Shown in pieces: positions 40,832 to 55,234 of a DNA stretch of 64,000 nucleotides. The notes under the pieces were generated by a model. It did not search any database, had not been told where the DNA came from, and saw nothing but the letters and a program-made list of their open reading frames with translations. The stretch's first letter is position 1, and each line of letters begins with the position of its first letter. Source of the stretch: the human T2T-CHM13v2.0 reference genome, Homo sapiens; NCBI RefSeq assembly GCF_009914755.1, contig NC_060935.1; one strand, given 5' to 3'. Both the position numbers and the translations under genes were made by a program.

Positions 40832-43420
40832 TATCAGAAAAGGGTCACAATCCAGACCCCAAGAGAGGGTTCTTGAATCTTGTGCAAAAAACAATTCAGG
40901 ACAAATACACAGAGTAAAGCAAAAGCAAGTTTATTAGGAAAGTAAAGGAATGAAAGAATGGCCACTCCATAGGCAGAGCAGGACATTCCCAAAAGCAAAA
41001 GGAAGAATTACGTCCACCTTAGGTACAATGCTTGTTTATATATAAGAAACAAAGCAAAACAATTGTGGGGAAGGTCTACTGTTAGGGGATCTTTGGGGTG
41101 TCACTTTTCTGACCGGAAACATCTGTGACCAGTGGCGCCTTTGCTTGAGATTTGGTGGGGCCCACTGGGCTCATTCTGCCTACTTGGCCTTGCAGGCTGT
41201 GCTTGGCTCACGCTACTGGCCTTGATCCCATGTCTCCCAAGGGCGAGTAAGGTGGGAGCGGTGAAGGGTATGTGAGCAAGTGTGAGGTCTGGCCACTGCA
41301 CACAGTCAGACAGGCTGGTTGCTGCAGTGGGGTGGGCAGCTCCAAGTGCCGGCATGGGTGCTGGTTCTTTGCAAGGCTGTGGCCAGACCAGGTGCACTGC
41401 AAGCAGCTTCCACAGCTGGCACTGGGGACCATGGTGGTGCCTGGAAGCTTGGAGATTGCAGGGCCCCAAAGAGGGAGTCACAGCCCTGTGGGGGAGCTCC
41501 CAGGTCTGGGATCCCCAAAGGGCCACAGCTCTTCTTTCCTTCTCTTCACCTGCAATGTAGGGAGCAAGCAAGGGGCATGTCTCAGCCCTGTTTGTGTTAC
41601 AGCTCTTTTAGCTTTGCCATTCGTTGGGTCATGAGTTCTTGTCCTGTGACTAGGAAAAGTGAGTTATGCAGACAAGTGGAGGGTGAGTAAGAGGAAGAAG
41701 AGCTTTATTGAGCTATAGAACAGCTCAGAGGGGACCTGCAGTGGGGAGCTTCTTTCTGCAGCCGGAGTGTCCTGACAAGTGTTCAGCTCCTAGGGAGCGG
41801 GTAGTTCCTCTCTGCTAGAGGTCATCTCAACAAGTGTTGAGGGTAGCTCCTCTCTGCTGCGGGTCCTCCCATTGTCTGCAGCTCTAAGCAGAGAAGAGGC
41901 CCTAGAGTGGTGGCTCCTCTCTGCAGTAGGTCATCCCATTGCCTCTGCAGCTCTCAGCAGAGAGTGTAACTCCTCTCTGCTGCTGATCATCCTGTCACCT
42001 CTCCATCCTCTGATCTACCCTGCTGTAGCTGATCCCAGGGCTTTTATGGACCTCAGAGGAGAGGAAGTGTGTGCCAGTTGGTCCATGGGTGGCCATGGGC
42101 AGGTCTGGAAAAGGCACCACAAGACCCCACTCCACCAGCAGCCTGGCCCCTAGCCTTCGGACCCTCCCTGGGGGACCTGACCCCTTCCACCCAGGAGTCT
42201 GTCTGCCTCCTGACACTGTCCATGCCGCCCAGGCTGCTAGCCCCCAGGGGCACCTGCAGGCCAGCACGTAGCTGCCCTCAGCCCCCCACCACTCAGCTTC
42301 CCCCGTACCCAGCCTTTGTGCTCCTGGATGCTCAAAGTCTGGAGGGGGCCGAGGCAGCAGGGGGCTGGTGTATCAGTGCTGCCCACAGCGTGCACACACC
42401 CGGCTACACCCAGCCGGCCTGTGACAGCTCCAGGGTTCATTCAGCCCCAACCCTGCTCTGAGATTGGAGTGGGTGCCAGGAGTGGCGAGCGGCTAGGCAG
42501 TGGGAGCAGACACCCCTGAGCCTTCGCGGGAGGGCCTTCCGGGTCCTCGAGGGTACAGAGAGCAGAAATGCCAGAGTCCCGTGCCTGGGAGGGTGGGGCT
42601 CCCCTGGCCTCCTGGAGCTTGCAGACAGCCCTGGCCACGCCTCCTCACAGCCTGGGGTAGGGGGTCCGGATGCTCTGCCTACCCCTCAGTGCCGGATTGT
42701 GCTGGAGGGTAGCTTGGCCCAGCCCCATTGCGGTGGCCCTCAGGGTGGTGGGCTTTGGGGGCCTGGGGAGAGGGTGCTCCTTCTTGTCCTTGTCCCTGGC
42801 TCCCAGCGGCTCCGTGGAGGATGGCACTGCCTCAGGCCCAGCTCCACCTCCTCCCTGCACCCTCCCAGCAGTTGCTGCAGATGAGAGCGGCGATGGGACC
42901 AGGGTCCAGAGCAATGGAGGCTCCGTGCCTGGGAGCGGGTTCTGCCGGCTGCGGAAGGATAGGGGTGGCACAGTCAGCCGCCTTGGGGACACAGGACATA
43001 GGGGACCCACCACCGCCACTGCCGCTCCCGCAGCAGCTCGTGCCGCCACCACCCACGCCTCCTTGCTGCAGCCAGCGTGACGACAGCGGCTGCTCCGGAC
43101 CACCCGCAAGCGGCCATCACGGCAAGGGACTAACCGTCGTGTAACTACTGTCTGCCACAAAAATCTCTATTATTATCTTTAAAGGGAAACTTCTTCTTAA
43201 ACTAAAAATGCTTTTGTTCCTAATATATTGGGACATCGGGACATTTCCTGGGTCTGTTGTTTCCTGGGTCTGTTTGGTAAACCTTGTTAACCTGTTCCCT
43301 TCACTATAAACATCCTGTGACTTAGAATGCCTAGCCTCTTGGGAAGGCATCCCAGCAGCTTCCTCATTTTACCCAGCCCCTGTTCAAGAGGGAGTCTCTC
43401 TGGTTCCAACACCTCTGACA
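40832..43420 (-). mobile_element. MER51-like ERV1 solo LTR, split by a nested MER52
   Basis: 'atccagaccccaagagagggttcttg...gcaagtttattag' start and '...cacctctgaca' end; 4-bp TSD GTTT (40828-40831 / 43421-43424). Confidence 0.72.
41080..43144 (-). mobile_element. MER52 (MER52D-like length, ~2.06 kb) ERV1 solo LTR
   Basis: Begins TGTTAGGGGATCTTTGGGGTGTC; GC/CpG-rich; 4-bp TSD CTAC (41076-41079 / 43145-43148). Confidence 0.82.
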
Positions 43421-43989
43421 GTTTTGAAGAGAAAAAAATAATCCTCTTGAATGAATCTTCTGATAATTCTCACCTAATGTGATTGGAATCTACTGGGCCT
43501 ACTAGATGGAGCTTGTTGAAAGAGAGGGGAGCTCTATGAGCTCCCAAAATACGTCAAAAAATAAAAATTAGAGAACAAAAAGAAAGATTTCCAAGGGGTG
43601 ATATAAAATAGGAATTGGAGGATGGAGAAACAATAGCACACCTACCTCTAGAATTTCATAAAACCGGGATATGATACCTAGAGAAACTGTTGCAAATTAT
43701 CAATTTTTAATTTTCTTTATTTAAAAGAAAATCTTTGTATGTTACTTCTGGGTGATTCTCAGAACTAAATCTGGTTTAGTAATTTATTTTCGTTAGTCTG
43801 ATATTCAGTTATCATGTTAAAATTTTTGCTATAATGTATTAATTTTATAAGATTTCTATGGGCATCTTGTCATAACTTTTGCTTGCCTTGTTTCAGCATT
43901 TTCTATTTTTGTTTCAAAATAATATTTTTCCTTTTATGGTCTCCTTAACACTTATATTTTAAATTCTTTGAGATGTGGTAGTCCATCTT

Positions 43990-44345
43990 CTTTCTTTTTC
44001 TCTCTTTCTTTCTCTCCTTCTTTCTTTCCTTCTTTCTTTTTCTCTTTCTCTTTTTCTTTTCTTTCTTTTCCTTTCTCTCTCTCTCTCCTTCTTTCCTTCT
44101 TTCCTTCTTTTTTTGAGACAGGATCTCACTCTGTTGCCCAGGCTGCACAGTGGCACAGCTCACTGCAGCTTCAACCTCCCTGGGATCGGGTCATTCTCTC
44201 ACCTCAGTCTCCCCAGTGGCTGGGACTACAGGCATCTCCACCACACAGCTAATTTTTGTATTTTTTGTAGATGGGGGTTTTGCCATGTTGCACAGTCTGG
44301 TCTCAAACTTCTGGCTCAGCCAATCCACCTGCCTTGGCCTCCCAG
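43990..44345 (-). mobile_element. AluJ, antisense, with expanded (TTTC/CT) tail
   Basis: Diverged Alu after a ~120-bp pyrimidine tract. Confidence 0.85.
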
Positions 44346-44685
44346 AGTATTTCTATCTCTTAAGCTGTAAATTGTTCTGATTTTAGAGTTTGTTGTGTGT
44401 GTTTTAAGAGTGTTAGTTTCCATACATCTTTTGATCATAACTTCTGCACAGTTCTCATTTGCGAGTCCCTCCTGGATTATTCTCTAGCACAACCCCTGAC
44501 CCTGGTGAGGTGTGGCACCGGCCTCACAGCCTGCTTGGCTAGTGGATTTCTGGCTCCATCCTTGCTGGAGCAGCTTTGGTCTTCAGTCTCAGATGGGTGG
44601 TGTTGGTGCCCTGATTCAGGATCTTCTGGGTTTTTTTCATAGTTTGAGAGTGGCATAAACAACACTCAATGTGCCTATTTCCTAC

Positions 44686-45908
<1,223 letters not shown>

Positions 45909-48900
45909 TCACAATAGAGAATCATTTTTTTCTTGTTTTCAGTTGTAGTTAGTATTTATTCCATTTTCACTGTAATTTCTCTATGTTTAGAAAAAGAGAT
46001 CAAAGTTTTAGTACACACTCTTTCTTCTAAAATCAAAAGCCCCATTTTTTTCATGATGATTTCCTAAGACTTCGATACTTTTATTTTTCTAACACTCTGC
46101 AATGACAAGTGGTAAACTCTTTGGAATTAAAAGGAGGTGGCATGTGTGACTCATTTGAACATAACTACACTGGGAATTATGTGTCTTTTTCATATTCTCT
46201 GCCAAAGAGAATAAAGCGTAGGTGAGAAAAAGTGAAAAGTGATAGTTGGGATAAAAGTAAACAGTAGACTGATTCTATAGGCCCTGTAAATAATTAAAAT
46301 GGTTGCATAGCAAACAATGTCAGGAACGAGTAGACACAAGAGTATTAATGAGCTGGAGGCCAGCATGGGTCTTCAGGAACGGAGCACTGGAAAATATAAC
46401 AGCTGTGCTCTGTCATGCAGCGGTGAGATCATGTGTTGTGTGTCTTAAGGAGATAAGAGGAAACTGGCCCGCATCTCAATTCAACATTCAGTATTTGACA
46501 AGATATCTCACTTTCCATCTTATTATCACCTATCATCACTGAAGACTTTTAATGCCCTTAATGCCACTTAAGATTAGGTACATTTTCATTTCTGACCATT
46601 TCTCTGGTTATTTCATTCCTATGTAGGTTTTGCTAGAATAATTCGGAGTTCTTTGGAGATTTGCTACTGTTGACCCAATAACTGTCATTAAGAGGATCTT
46701 ATATTTTACCCTTCCCTAGGTAGATGCAATCTAGTTCCACTGAGAAACTCTACTGAGTCTTCTGATTGGGTCCTAGGAAGAGAAAGAGAGAATCGATGGC
46801 ATGGGAAATCTAATCCTGAAGTTCTTTCCCCATGTAACTCTGCGTTCCTAAGGCCACAGTGTAACCTAAGCTTTAGCCTTCCCTCCCTGTTGTTGGGTCA
46901 TCTTCTCCAGGGACATAATGGGAAAGGCTTTATCTAATGTCTTTTCTCATTTACCTCCCTGGAAGGTGTCCCTTCAGTACTGTGTGTCCTTGGTGCTGCT
47001 GAGCTCTGTCTGGCTCTCTGATCGTTTCAACACCTGGCACCCCTGGAGAGGCTACCGAGGAGAGAATGCGGGTGAGCTGCCACCAGTGGAGCTCTGAGGT
47101 TATCACAGCCTGATAAACGAACTCACAGGACACTCCCAATCCAATACGGCGCTGATGGGGTTTAAGACACTGATGCAGATGAGAAGCACAACTGCACAGC
47201 ATATGTACTTCTAGTGAGAATTCATCAAATATCCCAGGCATGGCTTCCAGACCCCACCACTGTGTGGCCCATGCTTGTTTGTGAAAGGTGAGTCAAATAT
47301 GTGAGGATTCTTCAGCACAAGGAAGCTGGCATTGCATATGAATCATGTGGATCCTTCCTGGGCGTGTGACCTGCTCTGTTTCACTGCAGCCCATCACATG
47401 AGTTACATCATATGGTAAGGAATCTCAACAACCAGGTTCTGTTGCTCTCAGTATCCTCAGAACATTGCACAGAACTTGGCAACCTTTAAAATATGCCTCA
47501 TTTATGATCAGTTGAGCAGGTTCTTCATCTAGGTAGTGTGATCCATTTGGACATCTCTGGGTCCGTAGATGAGTTTGACAGTCCAGCTGATGAGGCCTCT
47601 CCCTTCAGTGAAACGGACCGCACTTCCCCCTCATGTTTATTTTTCTTCATCCTTCACAATATCACCCATGGGTTGTGAATATATACCAGATGTTTTAATA
47701 GGTGTGATACAGAGAATTCTATAAAATAAACACTGCAATATTCGTTTTTTCATGAAAAATTCACCCAAGATGTTAAACCCTTCGCAGAATCAGATATGCC
47801 CAGTGTTTAATCTTGCTTCATTCCCTTCATGCCCACATCGTTCTGAAAATTCTTCTTCTAACCCGTTTCTATAACTAGTAATCAAATTTCTAGAAAGCCT
47901 AATCCCTACCCATGAGACTGAATTTCACCCTGACCTTCATCACGCTACATCCAGCAGCACTGACTTCCACCAGTTTGTTTCAATATTCCTCTTTGCTACC
48001 TATGAGCCACCTGCTTAGCCTTACAAATCTCCCATGGGAAAACATTAATTTTTCAGAATCAGTAAAGCCTGTGTTGATGAGAAGAAACATATAGTTTAAG
48101 CCGTGATAATTTGCAAGATTGCCTCTCTCACCATGGAATTAGTGTCTCGCCTTATTGGGCAGAGCACTATCAATTTCTTTTCTACATTCTCCCTTTCAAT
48201 TCTGCCTCCTTATTGTACATAAAAATAAGCAATAGGCTTAAGAGTGAGTCACACACTTTTCAATTGCCTCCTACTGGATGCTTTAACATTTTGATGAAAT
48301 CCTCAGGCCAGCAGTTCAGTAACAGAAGTCAGCATGCATTAGAAAAAAAACCAATATTTTATTTAAACAACATTCCTTGAATTTTCCTCTTACGAATAGA
48401 AAAAAAAAGCTGGATCAAAGATAATCTAAGATAATTCTCACCATATGAACACAAAGAGATGCAATATCATTATGATAATTGAGGTGAATTTTTCTCTATA
48501 TAGCTTAGCTTTATTCCAAAAAAGGAATCCTGCCTTATGCAGAAAATCTTCTTAATTTTTATTCATGTACAGAAATTGAAAAATGTTTAATTTTGAGTAA
48601 GCTTTCTTCTAAAAAATGTTTAGATTCAGTGTTCTGACGTAAGGGAGATTATGATTTTTAGTGGATGTTTTTGCAGTGATATAGGTTCTCTTCCAAGGCT
48701 TCTTCCGTAGAAATCAGAAAAGGACCAAAAATTGTTTACTTTGCAGGCAAATCCAATGATAAATAGCAATTTAATATCTGCTATGCGCATAAGCTATATT
48801 TACTTTAAAAGCATGGGTACTAGCAAATTTTCATACTAAGATACAGGGTTTAGGAATGAAGTTAAAGACACAGTACTATTTAATGCGAAGTTTTTTTGAA

Positions 48901-48950
48901 AGCTGCTAAGAAAAGAATATTCAAAATTCCTTTAGAAGTTCATCATCTTC

Positions 48951-49889
48951 TCATTTATTTTCATGAATAAAGTTTGTTCTTTAAATATTTTATGTGAAGC
49001 TTGTTTCACACTTTCATTTCTCAGGCTAGAAATCAAGGAGTTCAAGGAGATGGTCACACACAAGTTCGGTCTCTGAATCACAGAATCGCAGAGAGCTCTC
49101 GGTCTGAGCTTCTGTCCATGGCCACAAAGAGTTGCAGACTGCAGGTTGAGCAATGCAGGTTGAGAAAGCAAAGAGGTGAGCAAGGCAGGTTGAGAAAGCT
49201 CCATGCACACTGTCTGCAGAGATAATTTTTGGTATGTCAATTTCATTGCAGATATAAGATATGGAAATAATGGAAAAGAGAGAGAAAGAGAGAGAGAGAC
49301 TAAGAGAGAGACAGAGAGAGAGACCGGCATAGGGCTTAGTATATGCTTGCATAGGTCACAGTTTGACTTCAGGAATGTGATGGGAATGACAGCCATAACT
49401 TCGTTGGCACAGGATTAGGGTAGCTGCCTAATAAAGCATCAGGAGATTGACATGTAGCTAGCAGCCTCTCCAGGGCCCTGTGGTGAGCAGTATATACAGT
49501 TTGTGTGTAATGGTGTGCATACCTTGCAGTGGATATCCAATGGCAATAAAAGGGTGGCACTGTGTCAGTGAATGCAAGAAGATCTCGGGGCAGTACAGGC
49601 AAGGAAAGGAGAAAACATGGACAGCAGCACCCTGAACATTGATGGCTCATTTCTGCGTTGAAGGTAAAGCAATAATTGAAGACAAACTCATGCCAATCAC
49701 AATGATATTTTTCAAGGAAAAAAATACATGCATGATGTGTGAAATCCCAAGGAACAAACAAGGGTCCTGAATATAACATTTCCCAAAAGGGTACAAAATT
49801 TATAAGATATAATCAGGATAATGAAATACAATCTCCAGCCCTCAGCCATTCACAGTAACAAACTCAGACATCACTGTGTGATTTCTCAT
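48951..49889 (-). pseudogene. Heavily degraded OR10D-like olfactory receptor pseudogene
   Basis: Manual translation across frames gives MRNHTVMSEF, CTLLGNV, FHTSCMYFF, AINVQG...LYCPEIFL...FIAIGYPL, KIISADSVHGAFSTCLAHL and LNSLISSLRNESVKQA, collinear with OR10D4P. Span is 939 bp with several stops and frameshifts. Confidence 0.85.
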
Positions 49890-50364
49890 TTTAAAGAAGA
49901 ATCGACACAAGATATCAATGAAAGGAATATTTTGCTTAAGGTAAAAATCTTTCTAAACAAATAGCCTTTATGTACAACAAGCAGAAAAGCCATAAAAAAC
50001 TGTTGCTAATTTATAACTTGGATTGGCAGGCATTCTTTTTTTTTTTATATATCTGTCTCTAAATTGAGCTTTCTAATTTCAGATAATCCTCATTAGCACC
50101 CTTCCCAGAGGAAACTCTTTGAATAGAGTCATTATTTTTTCCATATGTTTTCACCTTATAAATCTTCATAAAACCAGCAAATCACGCTCTTCCCTATTCT
50201 CCCACCCTTAGCTTCTGTCTCCCTCTACATACCATGCTGACCTCTGTGCTGATCTGATTTTATTAAAACTGCAGACTCTTTCATGAGATGAAGAAAAATG
50301 CATAGGGAGAAGACACATTTTTCCTACCTCTAAACTCACCTCATCATATAGGAGCATCAACAGA

Positions 50365-51190
50365 TTAGAATGGCTATCATAAAAAAGATGAAATGTAACC
50401 AGTGTTAGCAAAGATGTGGAGAAGAGGGAACACTTGCATACTGCACTACTGGTGGGAATGTAAATTCATGCAGCCATTATGGGAAAAATAGAGTTACCAC
50501 ATGATCCTGCAATTCTACTTCTGGGTATGTATCCAACGGAACTGAAATCGGTATGTTGAAGAGATATCTGCATGCTCACATGCATTGCAGCATCATTCAC
50601 AATAGCCAAGATATAGAAACAAACTAAGTATCCATCAATGGATGAATAGATAAAGAAAATGTGGTATATGTACACAATGGAATACTACTCAGCCTCAAAA
50701 AGGGGGGAAATCCTGTCCTTTGCAACAACATGGATGAACCTGAGGGACATTATGCTAAGTAAAATAAGCCAAGCACAAAAAGACAAATAGTCCTAGATCT
50801 CACTTATAAATGGAATCCAAAAAAGCCAAACTCATGAAGTAGAGCTTAGAATACTGGTTACTGGGGCTGGAGTGATGGGGCTGGGGATGGGGAAGGTGGA
50901 TGGAGAAAGGAGAGGCGTTGGTTAAAGGATACAACTTTTCAGTTAGATAAGAGGAATAAATTTTCGTAATGGAGTGACATGGTGACTATAGTTAATTATA
51001 ACATATGTCAAATTCACTAAAAGAGTGGATTTTAAACTTTCTTACCACAAAGAAATGGATAATTATGTGAGGTGATAAATATGTTAATTAGCTTGCTTTA
51101 CTTTTCCACAGTGTCTACCTATATTGTAATATCGCATTGTATCCCAGAAGTATGTAGGATTACTATTTGTCAATTAAAAATAAAAGAAAT
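50365..51190 (+). mobile_element. L1MA-type 3' end, sense
   Basis: 'ttagaatggctatcataaaaaag...atggaatactactcagcc...ttgtcaattaaaaataaaa'. Confidence 0.85.
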
Positions 51191-51759
51191 ACATTGGAAA
51201 GGATTATGGAGAAGATAAGAACACTGTCTCAGTGAGAACACATAATGACTAGGAAGTGTCTTTATTAGGATCTACAGAAAAAGAAAAGTCACTCACAAAA
51301 CATCTCATCAGATTTTTATAGATATCCTGGTTTCTACTTACTTTTGCTTTAAAGGAAACAAATCTCTCCAAGTATTTGAGAATTTAAATAAATTTGATCT
51401 TCTTTTGGAGATTTTTTTTTCCTCTGTAGTCATAGTTTCTATTATGGATAGATTGATTGTTCTTATTATAAACTTTGGTGATAATAAGACTCTTAATTTT
51501 GGACTGAAACATGGTTATGATGTCTTTGTAAAATCAGTTTTAATTGGAGACCATGTTTGCTGTTGTCAGAGCTATTTAGTTGGCCTGTGTCATAGTGTAA
51601 TAGTTATGACCATTTTATATAATTCTTTCTTGTCCTTCCAAGGCTAATTTCAAGTTGCTTTGTATCTTTGAAAGCACATAGATTAATTTTCTTTAGCATC
51701 ATAGTTAATCAATAAATGTTTGTTAATTGACAGTGGCTTATGAATGTATTTATTAGTAA

Positions 51760-52780
51760 TATTTCATTACTTTATTGACTACTCATTATTGTACTAGGCA
51801 TTGTACTAGGTGCTTAAGGCGTTGTACTAGTGCTTAAGATTTACAATTTCATTAAGAATCTCCTAACTTAGCTAAGAAGGAGAGGGAATTAAATTACTAA
51901 AAATTACTGCTTTAGCTCTATGAGCCAGCATTGTGATGTACTTAATAGATATTACATCATGCTGCCAATATCCACATGAGGGGAGGTGGGAGGTGTATTA
52001 TTCAGAACCAAAAGGGAGGAAACTGAGGCTCAGGGAGTTCAAGTAATAGGCCAATGCCCTACAGCGAGTAAGAAGTGTTTCTGGGAATTCAACTCAGGTC
52101 TGCATTCCCCACAGTCTCTAAAGTATGCTGCTGAAGGAATTCCGTCAGTAACTCACAAGCTAGAGAGAAATGAAGGAGAAATCAACTTCTCCATCGGGAT
52201 TATGGAAGAGACACCATTTGAGAGCAGTCCAGATTGAAGAGTTTAGTAGAGGTTTATCAACCATTCTTGGTCCCACAGCACAGTGTGTTTGAGAAGCCAC
52301 AACTCAGTTTCATACACGGGCATGTGAACAGAAAGGCCTGCAGGATCTGGTGATAAAGATTCTTACCCGATATGCTATAATGTTTGTACTTCATCCTCCA
52401 GGCTGTGAAGAGTCACCAGTGAGCAATGTAATCAGATGGTGTTTTAAAAATATGTTATAATATGAATCAGTGTGGACAGGCAGCTGGACAGGGGCCAGTG
52501 TAGTGGCTAGGATTCCTTTTAAGAGGACATCAGGGTGTGATCAAGGTGTGAAACAAAGTGGGAGCAATTGATAGGGAGACTGGATGATAATACAAAAAAA
52601 GATTCAAAAATAGAGTAATGGAACTGAATGGATGATTGGCCGAGTGGGAGTGTGAAAAGGTAGAGGTGCGCTCTTAGTTTCTGCCTTGGGCATCTCGCAT
52701 GATGTAAAGTCATTATTCTAAAGATGGAAGACAGAAGGGAAATGCTCATTTACCGCAGGCAGTACCACATCTTGAGCCTT
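51760..52780 (-). mobile_element. L2/MIR fragments
   Basis: 'atttattag...gcattgtactaggtgct', 'gaggaaactgaggctcaggga' and GA-rich L2-like text. Approximate. Confidence 0.5.
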
Positions 52781-52949
52781 ATTAAGAGGCTCTGACAACT
52801 GATAGATTACCTTCTTTGTAGTGTGTTCAGCATAAAGCTTAGGTTGGTATGCACTTTAGAAAGTATTTGTCATGCTTTATTATACATATTAGGTTGAGGT
52901 TAGGAAGAAATTTAAACATGGTTACTGAATTCTAGTCATAAATCCATTC

Positions 52950-53285
52950 ACTTACCTATAAGCAACTTGGATTATAGGAAGCACCATAGCAACCTGGGAA
53001 TAGAATGATGTGATAACGTACGCTGAGGGAGCCTAATCAGTCACCTTTCTGCCCACTTCCTCGTCTCTGTGTACCAAATATTGATGAATAGAAATAAAGA
53101 TCCAACTGGATCAAAATGTTAGTATCATTAATGATAAAACTGGATTAAGAATGCAAGGGAAAATCCTATCTCTCTTCTTCTAAAGCCTTGGAACCAGCAG
53201 CATCTCAGATTGCCTTCTCCACTGCTGGGGGAAAAGCACGACTCTGACTTCAGCCAGCTTGTTGCCAGGCAACCCAGGGAGAGCT
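52950..53285 (-). promoter_or_regulatory. RFX X-box plus EBF-like cluster with a minus-strand splice donor
   Basis: Perfect X-box GTTGCCAGGCAAC (53261-53273) abutting CCCAGGGAG; second half-site CCATAGCAAC next to CCTGGGAA (~52984-53000); donor AG|GTAAGT (rc 52950-52957). Confidence 0.5.
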
Positions 53286-54842
53286 GCGGGAATCAGCCAG
53301 CAGGATGCCCTGCTTGGCTCTCTTCAGAACACAGTGTACATTGATTTAATATCAAGGACACACTTCACTCTCAGCCAAAAATGCATTGTCTAATCTATTT
53401 CTCATCACAAATTGTCTAGTCATAGCATTCGATATAGCCCAAAAGAAAAAACTGTAAAACAAACATTCACAAGTGTTAAAATATGCCAAATAATATAATG
53501 CCAACAAAATTAAGCCACACACAAATATAAATTCTAAATATGAATTTTTGTATTAAATTTTCAGAAAGAAATTAAAATACAAATATGAAATATCCTTTTG
53601 TTGTATATTAAAGTCCAAAGAATTACAAGTCCAACATTTCTCCCTCCACAATTTTATATTCATGTTACTCTAAGGCTGAGTGCCTTATTTGAGGCCACAG
53701 GTCCTTCTTCCGTGGCTAACCTCTGGGCTTTCTCTTGATGAAATAGGGTGGGCCTCCTTTTAGTACTTCCAAACTTGAATGCTCCAACTCAAAGGCTGTT
53801 TGTTAGTTTCCGCTTTCCCAAGTGGAAATATATGAATTTCACAATACCAACCTAGTATCTAAAATAGTAAAAAACAATAAAAAAAATTCCTAGCCATGTA
53901 GTAACATTTCAAGCAAAATAATATTCCCAGGACCCAGTACATGGTATAATTTCAACCAACTGCTACTGCGAAAATTATATGAGAGAACTAGTGGTCTGGA
54001 AGTTAGGAGTGTAACTTCTAGAGACAATATGAGAGAAAGGAGAAAAATCTTGATGTCATCCTGTCCGGATACTAGTCAGTCTGTGCAGGTTGCCTGGAAC
54101 CCATAAACAGTGAGTCTGGATTTAGAATTCAACTGCCAGTAATATCTTATTGAGAGATACATATGGTATAAGCCTGCCATATCCTGGGAAATAATTTACC
54201 TATAGATACTTCTTTCTCTCTTTGGTAAATAAATGTCAGGTATTCCTGTTTTTATGAAATATTTAGAAATTTACAGCGGTGACATCATAGTCTCCAAGTT
54301 TTACTGAAGGCTCCATTCTTCCTTTGATGTAAGTTTCTTAAAGGTAGGGCCCGTGTTCATTTTATTCACCTCTGTGCTCGAAGATCCTAACTATTGTACA
54401 GAGTATGTCAACAAATAAGTGCTGAATAATAACATGCAATTCAGTATATGCTTAACCTATTAATTTCCAGTCCTTTTGAGCCTTGTGTTTCTGACACACC
54501 AATTATAAAGGAAGTACAGTTATTCTAACTCATAATCAGGGGACCCTATATTCATAACTCTGCAAGCCATGTTTATGGTTTTGTATTCTCTCCAGACAAA
54601 ATCTCTTTCATTCTACAGAGGTGATTTGCTCTACGCTCGGTTGTATCACACCCTCTTCAGTGCCCATCTCCCACAAATGTCCAAAAACTGTTTCGGGGTC
54701 TGCCATTTAACTTATTGCCCACTTAAGTGAGTTTTAGACCAGGTTATTTCATATCATGTGCTGAAGGTGATAATTTACAGAAAACCTTGAAAGTTTAGTA
54801 AGATTTTAATGGACAAAGAAATAACGTTTTAAAAGTGTTCTG

Positions 54843-55234
<392 letters not shown>

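Noticed and set aside
41101-43350. Dense cluster of overlapping ORFs (up to 171 aa) on both strands
   Set aside because: All lie in the GC-rich MER52 LTR bounded by TSDs; low stop-codon frequency explains them and there are no recognisable domains.
43945-44380. K/R/E-rich and F/S/L-rich ORFs (also at 59346-59650)
   Set aside because: Translations of Alu-tail microsatellites.
46951-47241. 96-aa minus-strand ORF containing 'SCASHL', reminiscent of the OR TCASHL motif
   Set aside because: No other OR motif at the expected distances (no TM5, no NPxIYxLRN); treated as coincidence.
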